A stretch of DNA of 64,000 nucleotides from an uncultured delta proteobacterium (GCA_963802945.1 CAWDKY010000030.1:241046-305045), one strand, 5' to 3'; shown: positions 1 to 11,375, numbered from the stretch's first letter. Program-made: numbers and translations. The notes: a model not told the origin generated them from the letters alone.

Positions 1-838
1 CAAATAGCAGCAGGGCCTGAGACTGAGTGGGCAATCCCAGATGGAGGAATTCCTCGACACAAGCCATGGATGAATGATCCATAAATTCAAGGGTGGAAGG
101 GAGTATCCCGGCCTTAAAAGTTTCTATCACGGCTTGGGCGGCTAAGGTCATCCGGTCGAAAAAGGCCAGAATGGTTTGCTTGGCCTCAGGCATAGGAATC
201 AACTTCAAGACCATTTCAGTGATGATTCCCAAGGTCCCTTCGGAACCGACCATCAAACGGGTCAGATCATAACCGACTACCCCTTTGGCCGTCTGAACCC
301 CGGTTTTTAAAATTGCTCCAGTTGGAAGCACGACCTCCAGACCCAAGACATAATCCCTCGTTACACCGTATTTTACAGCCCGGCCTCCTCCGGCGCATTC
401 GGCCAGGTTTCCTCCCAAAGTGGAAAAATGGGAAGAGGATGGATCCGGAGGATAGAAAAGTCCCTTGGCCTCGACAGCCTGTTGCAGATCCCGGGTAATC
501 ACTCCCGGTTCAACGACCGCCAGAAAATTATTCGAGTCGATGGTCTTGATCCGGTTCATTCGCAACAAGACCAGGACCCATCCCCCCCAGATCGGCACCG
601 ATCCTCCGCTCATACCCGATCCTGCCCCGCGGGGGACAACGGGGAATTGATAAGCGTTGGCCAGTCTTACTATTTCGCTGATCTCTTGTGTTGTTCCGGG
701 AAAAAGCACACCATCGGGCCAGGCCTCGATCTGAGTAGCGTCATAGGCATAGCTCTGTCGATCGGTGTCCCGGTCGGTGATGTACTCTGGCCCGACGATT
801 TTCTCCAGGGCTTTGTAAATTTTTTTATCCATTTTCAT
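1..838 (-). CDS. glcD: FAD-linked oxidase, glycolate oxidase GlcD-like (runs off the window)
   Basis: Manual minus-strand translation: MKMDKKIYKALEKIVG...PRGAGSGMSGG...YPPDPSS...GGNLAECAGG..AVKYGVTRDYVLGLEVV...GYDLTRLMVGSEGTLGII. Confidence 0.85.
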   Translation of the reverse strand, partial: MKMDKKIYKALEKIVGPEYITDRDTDRQSYAYDATQIEAWPDGVLFPGTTQEISEIVRLANAYQFPVVPRGAGSGMSGGSVPIWGGWVLVLLRMNRIKTIDSNNFLAVVEPGVITRDLQQAVEAKGLFYPPDPSSSHFSTLGGNLAECAGGGRAVKYGVTRDYVLGLEVVLPTGAILKTGVQTAKGVVGYDLTRLMVGSEGTLGIITEMVLKLIPMPEAKQTILAFFDRMTLAAQAVIETFKAGILPSTLEFMDHSSMACVEEFLHLGLPTQSQALLLF

Positions 839-1128
839 TCAAGTATACCGCAGTGTTGGAAAAACCTAACACCCCACCACTCCATTACTCCAATACTCTA
901 GTACTCCAAGTGTTTTCCCCCTACCATCATAGAAAAGATGTTACTGCCAAGTCAAATAAAAAGAACCGGCTAAAAATCTATTGACAAACAGACCGAATAT
1001 TTATGATAGTGAACCTGATTTTTCCCTTGAACCCTGGTTTCAAAATCTTAACCCCTTGAATCCTTAGCATGCATCTTGGTGCTCCAATGGGGTATGTCTA
1101 TTCTCTTAGAAAGGCGGGCCGGTTTTAG

Positions 1129-2286
1129 ATGTTCCTTCATCTTAATCAGGTGCAAAGAGAGATACAGGATCGGGTGCGGTCTTTGGTTGCTTCTGAGATC
1201 GCCCCGAATGCCGAAAATATCGATGCCCGGGATGAATTTCCTCAGACCAGTTATGAGGCCTTTAAAAAGGCCGGGCTTTTAAGGCTTTCCCTTCCCTTGG
1301 GCTATAACGGCCAGGAGGCGGATTCAACCACGCTTTGCTTAGTTATTAAAGAAATAGCCAAGGCCTCTCCGGCTTCAGCCCTTCTGGTGTTCCCCACCCA
1401 AGCGGTGATCCGGACCATCCGGGAAGTGGGAACCAGCGAGCAAAAGGAGCGCTTTTTTTCCGATATGTCCCAAGGAGACAAGCTCTGCGGATTTTGTCTG
1501 ACCGAACCGAATTATGGTTCGGATGCAGCGTCCCTGCAAACCCGAGCAGTTTTGAATGGGCAATATTATCTGGTCAATGGAACAAAATCTTTCATTACCT
1601 TGGGACCTCATGCCCATTATTATCTGGTTTTTGTCAGGACGGATAACGGAAAACAAAGCAGAGGAGTCAGTGCCCTGATTGTTCCTCGCCATGCGCCCGG
1701 TTTGTCCTTTGGAAAAAAAGAAAAAAAAATGGGATTGGGAGGTTCGGTAACTACTGAGATGGTCTTTCAAAATGCCCAAGTGCCCAAAGACAATCTGCTC
1801 CTCGGCGAAGGAAGAGGATGGGAAATCCTGGCGCGCCATGCCAACATCATGCGGGTCTGGGGTGCGGCTTCCATGGCCTTGGGGATTGCTGAAGGGGCCT
1901 ATGAAGCAGCCCTGGCCTTTGCCAAAAACCGAAGCCAGTTCAAACAAGCGACAGCCTCTTTCCAAGCCGTTGGTTTTATGCTGGCAGACATGAAAATCGC
2001 TATTGAGGCAGCCAAATCTTTGATCTTTAGAACGGCGGCCATGGTTGACGCCCGGGAAGGCTCATTTCGCGATATAGAGACCCTAGTTTCCATGTGTAAA
2101 TGTTATGCCTCGGATATGGCCATGAAAATCACCATTGATGCGGTCCAGATCTTTGGTGAGGCCGGGTACATGAAAGGATCTCCAGTCGAACGGATGATGC
2201 GGGATGCCAAGGCAATCCAGATTTTCGACGGCACCAATCAGATCCAGCGGATAGTCGTCTCCAGGAATCTTTTAAGGAAAAAATAA
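1129..2286 (+). CDS. Acyl-CoA dehydrogenase
   Basis: FCLTEPNYGSDA, NGTKSFIT, KKMGLGGS, QIFGEAGY, RDAKAIQIFDGTNQIQR motifs. Confidence 0.93.
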   Translation: MFLHLNQVQREIQDRVRSLVASEIAPNAENIDARDEFPQTSYEAFKKAGLLRLSLPLGYNGQEADSTTLCLVIKEIAKASPASALLVFPTQAVIRTIREVGTSEQKERFFSDMSQGDKLCGFCLTEPNYGSDAASLQTRAVLNGQYYLVNGTKSFITLGPHAHYYLVFVRTDNGKQSRGVSALIVPRHAPGLSFGKKEKKMGLGGSVTTEMVFQNAQVPKDNLLLGEGRGWEILARHANIMRVWGAASMALGIAEGAYEAALAFAKNRSQFKQATASFQAVGFMLADMKIAIEAAKSLIFRTAAMVDAREGSFRDIETLVSMCKCYASDMAMKITIDAVQIFGEAGYMKGSPVERMMRDAKAIQIFDGTNQIQRIVVSRNLLRKK

Positions 2287-2379
2287 ACATAAGACAGTTA
2301 ACTTTTTACCTTTTACATTTTATATTTTGTATTTCACATTTTATTACCAATTATTACCAATGATCAGGAGGAATAATTC

Positions 2380-4154
2380 ATGCGACCTTATTTTGAAAAG
2401 ATGGACGATTTAGGTAAACCCATCAAACCCGCCCAGATAGAGAAGATGGCAGAAAACCGGGCACAGATTGAGGCGGTAGTCAAAGAAGTGGAAGCGGAGA
2501 TCGAGCGGGTCAAGAAGGCCGGACTGCCGGCTGAAAAAATCCATGAGCGGAAAGAGATGACCGTTTGGGACCGGATTGAATATCTGGTCGATCCGGGAAC
2601 GTTCTGCCCTCTTCATACCTTATATAATCCAAAAGATAACGAAGAAGGGACCACCGGAGTGATCGACGGCCTGGCCCGCATCAGCGGACGGTGGTGTGTC
2701 CTGATCGGTTTTGATAATAAGGTCATGGCCGGGGCCTGGATCGCCGGACAGGCGGAAAACCAGTTGCGGGTGACGGATTTGGCCAAACGTCTTCACATCC
2801 CTCTGGTCTGGCTGGTCAACTGTTCCGGGGTCAAGCTCACCGAACAGCAGGAAGTCTATGCCGATCGACGGGGAAACGGGACCACCTTCTTCCGCCATGC
2901 CGAACTGGAAAAATTGGGCATCCCGGTCCTGGCCGGGATATATGGAACCAACCCGGCCGGCGGCGGTTATCAGGGGATCAGCCCCACCATTCTGTTGGCC
3001 CATAAGAACTGCAATATCGCCGTCGGCGGCGGCGGTATCGTCAGCGGTATGAGTCCCAAAGGGACTTTTGATGAAGAGGGTGCCGAACAGATCATTGAGG
3101 CCACCCGGCACTTCAAACAGGTCCCTCCGGGCAGTGTCAAAATCCATTATGATTCCACCGGATTTTTCCGGGCCGTCTTTGAAGAAGAAACCCAGGTCCT
3201 GGATGCCTTGAAAGAGTATATGGCCGAAATACCGGCCTATCATCCTCGGTTTTTTCGGGTGGCCAAACCGGCCGACCCCAAATATCCCCTTTCGGATCTG
3301 CCTCCATTATTGCCTTTAACCAAAAAGCGGTCTATGACTTCGATAACTTCCTGGCCCGTCTGGTGGACTCAAGCGAACACCTGGAGTTTCGTCCCGGGTA
3401 TGGACCGGAGGTCTATACCGGGCTGGTCAAAGTGGATGGTTTTTTGTTGGGGGTCATCGGTAATCGACAAGGTTTTCTTGGGGCCAATTATCCGGAATAT
3501 ACCAATGAATATATCGGGATCGGCGGAAAACTTTATCGCCAGGGCCTGATCAAGCTGAATGAATTCGTCACCCAATGCGGACGGGACCGGGTGCCGATCG
3601 TCTGGTTTCAGGACACCTCGGGGATCGATGTGGGGGATATTGCCGAGAAGGCCGAACTGCTGGGTCTGGGTCAATCCCTGATCTATTCCATCGAACAGAC
3701 CGATGTGCCCATGATGTTGGTGGTCTTAAGAAAAGGCACGGCTGCGGCCCATTATATCATGGGCGGCCCGACGGCCAACAATCACAATGCCTTCACTCTG
3801 GGCACGCCGACGACCGAGATCTATGTCATGCACGGCGAGACGGCTTCCGTGGCCTCTTTTTCCCGAAGGCTGGTCAAAGAAAAGGACAGCGGCAAACCCT
3901 TACAGCCGGTGATCGATAAGATGAATGCCCTGGCCCAGCAGTATTACGATCAATCCCGGCCCATTTATTGTGCCAAACGGGGCTTTGTGGATGAAGTGGT
4001 CCGCTATGAGGCCATTCGACTTTACCTGAAGGCCTTCGCCGGCAGTGCCTACCAGAACCCCATCTCCATCTGCCCCCATCATCACATGATGCTGCCGCGA
4101 ATGATCCGTTCCCAGATCGTCAAAGGATTAGACCGACCCAAGAAGGAAGGGTAG
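2380..4154 (+). CDS. gcdA: Glutaconyl-CoA decarboxylase alpha (carboxyltransferase) subunit, split by a frameshift near 3300
   Basis: ORFs 2380-3549 and 3363-4154 join into one carboxyltransferase (NCSGVKL, GTNPAGGGY, QDTSGIDVG, RKGTAAAHY); a 1-bp insertion near 3301 restores the frame. Confidence 0.8.
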
Positions 4155-4178
4155 ATAAGAACGTTTAACTTGCAATTC

Positions 4179-4305
4179 CCCACATCTTGATGGGAGGATA
4201 CCTCTGAAGTCCTCTCCCTTGACGGGAGAGGATTTAGGTGAGGGTGAAACTGAAATAATGTTTTATCCTTTGATACCCCGCAGCTTGCTGCGGGGAGCTT
4301 CATTG
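4179..4305. repeat. REP-like palindrome cluster
   Basis: Hairpins CCTCTCCC-TTGAC-GGGAGAGG and CCCCGCAGC-TT-GCTGCGGGG. Confidence 0.55.
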
Positions 4306-4362
4306 AAACGGGCCTGAGGATTTTATTTTGGATTGGCGATAAGGAAATTTGAAAAAGAGGAT

Positions 4363-4391
4363 AAAAAAGGGAGGCTAAGCCTCCCCTTTTT
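4363..4391. terminator. Bidirectional intrinsic terminator between convergent genes
   Basis: AAAAAA-GGGAGGC-TAA-GCCTCCC-CTTTTT. Confidence 0.8.
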
Positions 4392-4461
4392 ATTTTAAAA
4401 AACAAGGTTGTTTTTCAAAGGACTACCAAAACCGTCAATTAAGTTGCAACTACTCTGACTT

Positions 4462-5307
4462 TCACCTTTTTTGTAGCCCTCCATGTGGGCTTGGTCCAGG
4501 CGCTCGGGATACACCGTGCTGTTGGAAACCAGGTCCGGGCCCTCCAGCATGCGGGTGTAATCCAGGTCCGGGTCCTCCAGCATGCGGGTGTAATCCAGGT
4601 CCGGGCCCTCCACCATGCGGGCGGAATCCACCGTGTCCTCCCCATCCATGGTCATAGGGTCTCAATCCATATCCATAAGGTGGCCTCCACCCATGTCCGT
4701 GCCAACCCCCGCCATACCATCGACCACCAGGCCCCCAATACCCTGGATACCATTCATATCCTCGAGGGTGTCGACCACGCCAGAGGCCGGGATGCCAAAT
4801 TCCGCCCTCCCAAAAACCAGGAACCCAGACCATCCCAGGAGCCACTGGTCTAATTCTCGCCCAATGAGCAGGACGCCAGCGGCCCAAGTACCAGTATCCT
4901 GGAACCCATTCATATCCAGATACGGATGGTGGAGGGGCCGGCACCCATTGGCCATTTTGCCAGACATAAGGAGCATCTGCAGGAGGGGCAGGGACCAATA
5001 TCCATCCCCCCTCAGATTGAACCCATATTTGTCCAGAAGGTGGAGCAGCCAACATCACTGGTGGTGGCGGCGGTGGAATGAACGCCAGAGGTCCTAGTGG
5101 TCCGAATCTAGGTCCGGGCCCTCGGAATCCTGGTGGCGGCGGTCGGAATCCCGGTCCGGGCGGGTGAAATACAGGTCCGGGCCCTCCAGGTCCATGCGGT
5201 CCGGGTGGCGGCGGCGGAACAGCTATTGCTAAACTGCAAAGTGAAACCAGGAAAAAGACACAAAAAAGAATTCGTACCATAGACTCTAAAAATTTTTTTC
5301 TCTTCAT
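4462..5307 (-). CDS. Secreted Pro/Gly-rich protein with WxxGxW (YXWGXW) repeats
   Basis: Signal peptide; WVPGYW, WVPGFW, WHPGLW, WYPGYW repeats; PGPG-rich ends. Confidence 0.75.
   Translation of the reverse strand: MKRKKFLESMVRILFCVFFLVSLCSLAIAVPPPPPGPHGPGGPGPVFHPPGPGFRPPPPGFRGPGPRFGPLGPLAFIPPPPPPVMLAAPPSGQIWVQSEGGWILVPAPPADAPYVWQNGQWVPAPPPSVSGYEWVPGYWYLGRWRPAHWARIRPVAPGMVWVPGFWEGGIWHPGLWRGRHPRGYEWYPGYWGPGGRWYGGGWHGHGWRPPYGYGLRPYDHGWGGHGGFRPHGGGPGPGLHPHAGGPGPGLHPHAGGPGPGFQQHGVSRAPGPSPHGGLQKR
4529..4620. repeat. 33-bp tandem repeat (about 2.8 copies) encoding GGPGPGLHPHA
   Basis: CCAGGTCCGGGCCCTCCAGCATGCGGGTGTAAT repeated. Confidence 0.9.
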
Positions 5308-5586
5308 CTGTCCCCCTTCTCCCTTGGCAATAACTACAAAAAAAATCGTTTAAGCTTGAATGCGTGTTTTTACATTAGACTCCTTTAAATTAGTTTAAAA
5401 TTATTCCCACCTCCCTCCATAAGAAATATTTTACTGTTTAATTTCATAATGTCAATAATATTGAAATCCCGATTACTGCCTCTCTCTTTTTGTGGTCTTA
5501 TTTCTCCTTCCCCCATCTAATCCTGAATGAAGCACAACTGGTTCACAACGAAGCCTTTTGATGATCCGTTCCCTCTATTTTTCCCC

Positions 5587-5615
5587 TTGACCGTATCTTT
5601 TTCCTGTCCTATATT
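5587..5615 (+). promoter_or_regulatory. sigma70-like promoter upstream of SDR; variant of the portable promoter
   Basis: TTGACC-N17-TATATT with a pyrimidine-rich spacer resembling the copies at 31945-48054. Confidence 0.5.
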
Positions 5616-5872
5616 CTTTTCGTCCAATAAAAATTCCTGATGCCGGATATCGGATTGAAGCAGGGACTACGGAAGGAAAAAATTAATCGAGGGGCCAAGG
5701 AAAGGTTTAAGGTTTAAGGCGTAAGGTCCAAAGTAAAACCTCAAACCATAGACCTTGTGCCTTTTATGAATATGGAATGTCGAAGTTAGACAGAAACCAA
5801 TCCATTCATAATTCGAAATTCGACATTCGAAATTCATTGTTCGTATTTTTAAACTAAACCAAGGAGGTCTTT

Positions 5873-6715
5873 ATGGGAAAGTTGGATGGTAAATGCGTTA
5901 TTGTAACCGGTGCCAGTCGCGGTATTGGAAAGGCGATCAGTACCCTTTTTGCCTCTGAAGGGGCAAAAGTGGTTTGTGCCGCTCGCACCCTGGAAGAAGG
6001 CGGACATGCCTTTGGGGGATCCATCAATGAAACGGTTTCCGAGATTCGAAAGGCCGGGGGCACGGCTGTGGCCGTTCAAACTGATGTGTCGTCCGAAAAT
6101 AGTTGTGAGAATCTCGTCAATACGGCCCGCAAAGAGTTCGGTCCGGTAGATGTGTTAGTCAACAATGCGGCCTTGAATTATTACATTCCCATCAAGGAAT
6201 ATCCTGTTCACCGATGGGTTAGGGCCTTTTCAGTCAATGTGCACGGTCCTTTTATGCTGGCTCAGAAGGTCTTGCCGGACATGATCGAGCGGGGCAAAGG
6301 GGCTATTGTGAATGTCGCATCCGGGGCGGCCATCGGTCCGGGACGCGGGCCCTACAAAACATTCGGCACCGGGGGAACCATGTATGGGGCTTCCAAAGCG
6401 GCCATAGAGCGCTTTACCCAGGGGTTGGCCCAAGAGGTCTATCCGTACGGGATTTCAGTCACCTGTGTCTCTCCGTCCAAGGTCGTTCCGACCCCGGGTA
6501 CGGTCTATCACAAGCTGGTAACGGGTTATGATGACCCTCGCGGCGAGCCGCCTACCATGATGGCCCGAGCCATTCTACTTTTGTCTACAGAGCCCCTGGA
6601 TAAGGTCACCGGTCGTGTCACTTACAGCCAGGCCATTCTCAAGGAGTTCGGCTGGATCGAGAAGGCCGAAGGTCGCGGCATTGATATCGTCGGAACAGGC
6701 TACAGTCAGATATAA
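5873..6715 (+). CDS. SDR family oxidoreductase
   Basis: TGASRGIG, NNAA, YGASK. Confidence 0.93.
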   Translation: MGKLDGKCVIVTGASRGIGKAISTLFASEGAKVVCAARTLEEGGHAFGGSINETVSEIRKAGGTAVAVQTDVSSENSCENLVNTARKEFGPVDVLVNNAALNYYIPIKEYPVHRWVRAFSVNVHGPFMLAQKVLPDMIERGKGAIVNVASGAAIGPGRGPYKTFGTGGTMYGASKAAIERFTQGLAQEVYPYGISVTCVSPSKVVPTPGTVYHKLVTGYDDPRGEPPTMMARAILLLSTEPLDKVTGRVTYSQAILKEFGWIEKAEGRGIDIVGTGYSQI

Positions 6716-6842
6716 GTAAGAAGGTAGCGAAGCTTCTCGAATGCCGGGAATATCCTGGCATTCGAGAAAAGTGCTTCTTTGCGTCCTTTGCACCTCTGCG
6801 GTGAATTTCTTTATTTCACTTCCTATCGCGCAGAAATATGAA

Positions 6843-7988
6843 TTAATCCTTGGGGTCAAGCAACTCATTCGCCTTTTGGATCCATTCTGAAATAGGAATC
6901 CCCTGGGGGCACTTCTCTTCACATTCTTTGCATTCCAGACATTGACTGGCCTTTTCGCCTTCCTGAATTCGGATGGTGTAAAGAAACTGAGTCCTCTTCA
7001 AATCACCATACTTGGCCGCATCATTGTATAAGCCCAATACACCTGGGATGTTCACATTATTGGGGCAGGGAAGGCAATATTTGCAATTGGTACAAGGGAT
7101 GGGAGACCGTTTCCTGTATTCTTCCCGGACCCTTTCAATCAAGAACAATTCTTCTGAGGTAAGCACACCAGGTCCGGAGCGATCCGCCGACTTGGCGTTT
7201 TCAATGACCTGTTCCATGGTGGTCATACCGCTGAGTACTACCGACACTTCCGGATGGTTCCACACCCACTGCAAGGCCCATTCAGCTGGTGATCGTTTTT
7301 CCTTTGCCGATTTCCACAATTTGATTACACTCTCCGGAGGTTTTTTAGATAACATTCCACCCCGTATGGGTTCCATAATCACCACGGCCAATCCTTTATC
7401 AGCCGCATATCGGAGTCCCTTGCTGCCGGCCTGGTATTCCGTATCCATAAAGTTGTATTGGATTTGACAGAATTCCCAGCGATCATAGTAATCGATGATC
7501 TCTTTGAAGGTTTCGAATTCATCATGAAATGAAAATCCCAGGTGGAGAAATTTCCCTTCTTTTAAGCACCCTTCCGCCCATTTAAAGATCTCCAGGTCAC
7601 GGATCTTCATCCAGGTGGTTTTATTGAGTCCGTGGAGGAGATAAAAATCCAAATGATCGGTCTGTAGCCGTTTCAATTGTTCGTTCAGAATACGATCGGA
7701 ATCTGCCGGGGTTTGAACAAGTCGGGGTAATAGTTTGGTAGCTAGTTTGACTTTTTCCCGATACCCGTCTTGGAGTGCCCTTCCAACTACCCCCTCGCTG
7801 TGACCGCCGTGATAAGGCCAGGCCGTATCCACATAGTTGACACCGTGGTCAATGGCGTAACGAATCATCCTGATCGCTTCGGGTTCATTGATTCTAGTCT
7901 GATCTCCTTCAATGACCGGTAGCCGCATAGCCCCAAAACCCAGGGCCGAAACCTGAAAATCAAGTTTGCCAAAAGGTCGATATTGCAT
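6843..7988 (-). CDS. Aldo/keto reductase with C-terminal 4Fe-4S dicluster
   Basis: LGFGAMRLP, DTAWPYH, CTNCKYCLPCP and CLECKECEEKCP. Confidence 0.92.
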   Translation of the reverse strand: MQYRPFGKLDFQVSALGFGAMRLPVIEGDQTRINEPEAIRMIRYAIDHGVNYVDTAWPYHGGHSEGVVGRALQDGYREKVKLATKLLPRLVQTPADSDRILNEQLKRLQTDHLDFYLLHGLNKTTWMKIRDLEIFKWAEGCLKEGKFLHLGFSFHDEFETFKEIIDYYDRWEFCQIQYNFMDTEYQAGSKGLRYAADKGLAVVIMEPIRGGMLSKKPPESVIKLWKSAKEKRSPAEWALQWVWNHPEVSVVLSGMTTMEQVIENAKSADRSGPGVLTSEELFLIERVREEYRKRSPIPCTNCKYCLPCPNNVNIPGVLGLYNDAAKYGDLKRTQFLYTIRIQEGEKASQCLECKECEEKCPQGIPISEWIQKANELLDPKD

Positions 7989-8097
7989 AGCGCTGTTTTC
8001 CTCCTTTTTCTTCTTGACCCTATTGCCCCTTATCTTATATTCTTTTTATCCAAAAGCAAGCACCTATCAATTTTTCACCTATAACAAGGAGGTTGTT

Positions 8098-8913
8098 ATG
8101 CCCGAGCCTTTGGTTCTCTATGAAAAAAAAGGTCCAGTCGCCATAGTTACCATAAACCGACCGGAGAAGATGAACACTTACAACGGAGAAGTCTGCCTGC
8201 TGCTGGGTGATGCCTTTTTGGATTTCAGAGACGATCCTGATCTCTTGGTGGCCATTCTTACCGGGGCCGGAGATAAGGCCTTTTGCGCTGGAGCCGATAT
8301 GAGAGGCATGGTTCCCCCGAAGGAAGGGGAGACTGCACCTATTCCTTTCCCCCGGGGAAGGATGTTTCATGAAGGAGATATTAAGATTTACAAACCGATT
8401 ATCGCTGCTATCAACGGCTACTGTCTCTCCGGAGGATTATGCCATGCCCTGCAGTGCGATATCAGGGTAGCCGCGGAACACGCCACCTTTGCCCTGCAGC
8501 AAGTCAGGTTTGGGGCCCATTCCCCGTCTTCAACCCATCTGCTGGCTCGCAACATCGGGATGTCCAATGCCATGTACCTAAGCTTAACCGGCAGCCGGAT
8601 CGACGCCAAGGAAGCCTTGCGCATGGGCATCATCCATAAAATCGTACCGATGAAAGAACTGATGGGCGCGGCCATGGAAATGGCGGAAACCCTGATGGGT
8701 AACTGCCCGTCCCATTTAAAGGCCAGGAAAGAACATCTCCTCAGGGGCTACAACCTGCCCTATGATGAGGCCAGGGCCATGGGCGGATATCTGGAAGACC
8801 AGGTCCCTGAAGAAGAAAAAAGAGAAGGAATCTCGGCCTTCTTCGAAAAAAGAAAACCGGACTGGAGCAAGGTCCGAAAGCCAAAACCTGGTCCGTCAAA
8901 AGGAATGCGCTGA
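8098..8913 (+). CDS. Enoyl-CoA hydratase/isomerase family
   Basis: RBS AAGGAGG before ATG 8098; AFCAGAD, KPIIAAING. Confidence 0.9.
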   Translation: MPEPLVLYEKKGPVAIVTINRPEKMNTYNGEVCLLLGDAFLDFRDDPDLLVAILTGAGDKAFCAGADMRGMVPPKEGETAPIPFPRGRMFHEGDIKIYKPIIAAINGYCLSGGLCHALQCDIRVAAEHATFALQQVRFGAHSPSSTHLLARNIGMSNAMYLSLTGSRIDAKEALRMGIIHKIVPMKELMGAAMEMAETLMGNCPSHLKARKEHLLRGYNLPYDEARAMGGYLEDQVPEEEKREGISAFFEKRKPDWSKVRKPKPGPSKGMR

Positions 8914-8915
8914 AA

Positions 8916-10106
8916 ATGAAAAAAAATACGGCTGAAATTATTGCCATCGGCTCCGAACTTCTACTGGGTCAGATCCAGGATACCAATACACCCTATCTGG
9001 CCGGCCGATTGCAGGAGATCGGCCTGGAAACCGCTTTTCAAACTATGGTCGGTGATGATCGAAAACGGATGAACTCCGTCATCCGCCGGGCCCTCAGTCG
9101 TTCCAAGGTCATCCTTACCACCGGGGGAATCGGTCCCACGGAAGATGATTTAACCCGAGAGGTCGTGGCCGAGGTTTGCAGAAAGAAGCTGGTCTTTCAC
9201 CCCAAACTATTTAAGCTCATAAAATCCTTTTTTGACCGGGCCGGCTTGGTGATGGCCCCCAACAATCGCAAACAAGCCTATCTGCCTGCCGGGGCCCGTC
9301 TCATTCCCAATCTCCAGGGAACAGCCCCGGGATTTATTTTGGAAACAGAGGCCAAAAAAATTATTGCCGTCCTGCCGGGAGTTCCCCGGGAAATGAAAAA
9401 GATGATGCAGGACACAGTCCTGCCCTTTTTAAAAAAGAAACTGGGGCGGGATCAGGGATTGATCGAATACCAGGTCCTCAAGGTCTGCGGCCTGGGTGAG
9501 AGCCGGGTGGATGAACAGATCGGCGATCTTATCAGAGAAAGTACCAATCCGGTCATCGGTCTGCTGGCCTCATTGGGTGAGATCCGGATTCGGATCACGG
9601 CCCACGGAAAAGATAAAAAAGAAACCCAAGCGATTATTGCCGAAATGGAGGCCAAAATTCGCGGGCGTTTGGGAACGCTGATTTTTGGTCAAGGGGAAGA
9701 GACCCTGGAAGGGGTGGTAGCCCGCCTATTGGATGAGAAAAAAACGACTCTGAGTCTGGTTGAAAACTTTACAGCCGGGAGGGTCAGTCAAAGACTCCAG
9801 ACCACAGGCAGCTCCTGGTTCATGGGCGGCCTGCTGTTGGCTTCAAGACAAAAATGGCCTTTTGCAAAACCGGCCATCGCCAAAGAGGCCATGGCTCTGT
9901 TTCTGGCTGAAAAGATCAGGGAAATGTTTTCCTCCGATCTTGGCCTTGCGGCCTGGGTGGAGGGCACAGCCGACGAACGAACCCTTTCTCTGGCCCTGGC
10001 CGGAAAAATGAAAGACGTCTTTTCATACCGAATAGGCGGTTTTGGCGACACGCTGCCCGACCGGGTGGCTGTTATGGCCTTAGATTGGCTCAGAAAGAAA
10101 TTATAA
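8916..10106 (+). CDS. cinA: CinA-like protein (molybdopterin-binding domain plus degenerate PncC-like C-terminus)
   Basis: IGSELLLG, TGGIGPTEDDLT, LPGVPREM; C-terminal VENFTAG instead of AESCTGG. Confidence 0.88.
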   Translation: MKKNTAEIIAIGSELLLGQIQDTNTPYLAGRLQEIGLETAFQTMVGDDRKRMNSVIRRALSRSKVILTTGGIGPTEDDLTREVVAEVCRKKLVFHPKLFKLIKSFFDRAGLVMAPNNRKQAYLPAGARLIPNLQGTAPGFILETEAKKIIAVLPGVPREMKKMMQDTVLPFLKKKLGRDQGLIEYQVLKVCGLGESRVDEQIGDLIRESTNPVIGLLASLGEIRIRITAHGKDKKETQAIIAEMEAKIRGRLGTLIFGQGEETLEGVVARLLDEKKTTLSLVENFTAGRVSQRLQTTGSSWFMGGLLLASRQKWPFAKPAIAKEAMALFLAEKIREMFSSDLGLAAWVEGTADERTLSLALAGKMKDVFSYRIGGFGDTLPDRVAVMALDWLRKKL

Positions 10107-10173
10107 TAGAATAAAACCAGGACAACAAATTCAACAACGTCCCTGGAATTCACACAACTTACAAGGAAATAGT

Positions 10174-11375
10174 ATGCAAAGAGTACTTGAAGACATCAGA
10201 GTTCTGGATTTTGGGCGATTCATTTCATGCCCGTATTGCGGCATGATTCTGGCGGACATGGGTGCGGAAGTTATCCGGGTTGACCGGCCCGGAGGAGAAG
10301 AAGATCGTACCCACAGCCTTATAGGGCCGGACGGCAATAACCTGTCCTTTCCAAGTTACGCCCGGAATAAAAAGGGCATTACCTTGAACCTTTCGCAAAA
10401 TAAACCGGAGGCCCGGGAGATTTTAGATTCCCTGGTGAAGCAGTGTGATGTGGTGATTCACAATTTCACACCGGCCGCTGCCGAATCCATGGGTCTGGCC
10501 TACGACCGTCTGACTGCCGTTAAACCGGATATTATTTTAACGGCCATTTCCTGTTTTGGAAGCGAAGGCCCCTATCGAAATCGAACGGGATTTGATTTCA
10601 TCGCCCAGGCTATGTCCGGGGCCATGAATTGCGGAGGATTTCGCCGACAAACCGCCTGTCAGGGCCTTCTTTAATCCCATGGATTATGGAACAGCCCTGG
10701 CTGCCGCCGTCGGTACCCTTCTGGCCCTGCGCCACCGGGACAAAACAGGAGAAGGCCAGATGGTTGATCTTGGCCCTCTTAAGGACGGCCCTTTCTTTTA
10801 CGGCCCCGATCATTGCCGAAAAGGAAGTGCTGGGCCGGGACCGGCCTATGATCGCCAACCGCGCCCCTTATCTGACGACCACGGATTTATTTGAATGTCA
10901 GGACGGCTATGTGTTCATCGCCTCCATCATGAACAGCATCTGGAGACGCCTGGCTAAACTTATCGGTCATGAGGAACTCATCCCTGATCCGGAGCTATAT
11001 AATGACTTGAGCCGGTTTGAACATAGAGACAAAATCGATCCCCTGGTAGCGGACTGGATAAGGGTGCGCACCGTGGAGCAGGTGCTGACGGAAATGGAAG
11101 CCGCCCATATCCCCTGCAGCCCCTACTACGAACTGGGCCAGGTGTCGCAAGATCCCCATATTCAGGAAACCGGCATGCTGCCTTATATCGATATGGAAGT
11201 CCCGGGTTTGAAACCATTACCCGTCAGCCCCAATCCGATCAAGCTGTCCAAAACACCCGGCAGGATAGAAACCCGTGCGCCTCGCCCTGGAGAACACAAT
11301 TTGGAAATTTACGGCAGATTACTGGGCTACAGCAAAGAAACCCTGGACGAGTTGGTTGCCAAAGGGATCATCTGA
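10174..11375 (+). CDS. CoA-transferase family III (CaiB/BaiF), frameshifted at about 10640-10780
   Basis: LADMGAEVI, RNKKGITL, GFDFIAQAMSG, APRPGEHN spread over three frames. Confidence 0.85.

Noticed and set aside
313-901. Plus-strand ORFs here, and long shadow ORFs such as 51681-52766, 53211-54095 and 44260-44964
   Set aside because: Antisense or off-frame shadows of well-supported genes.
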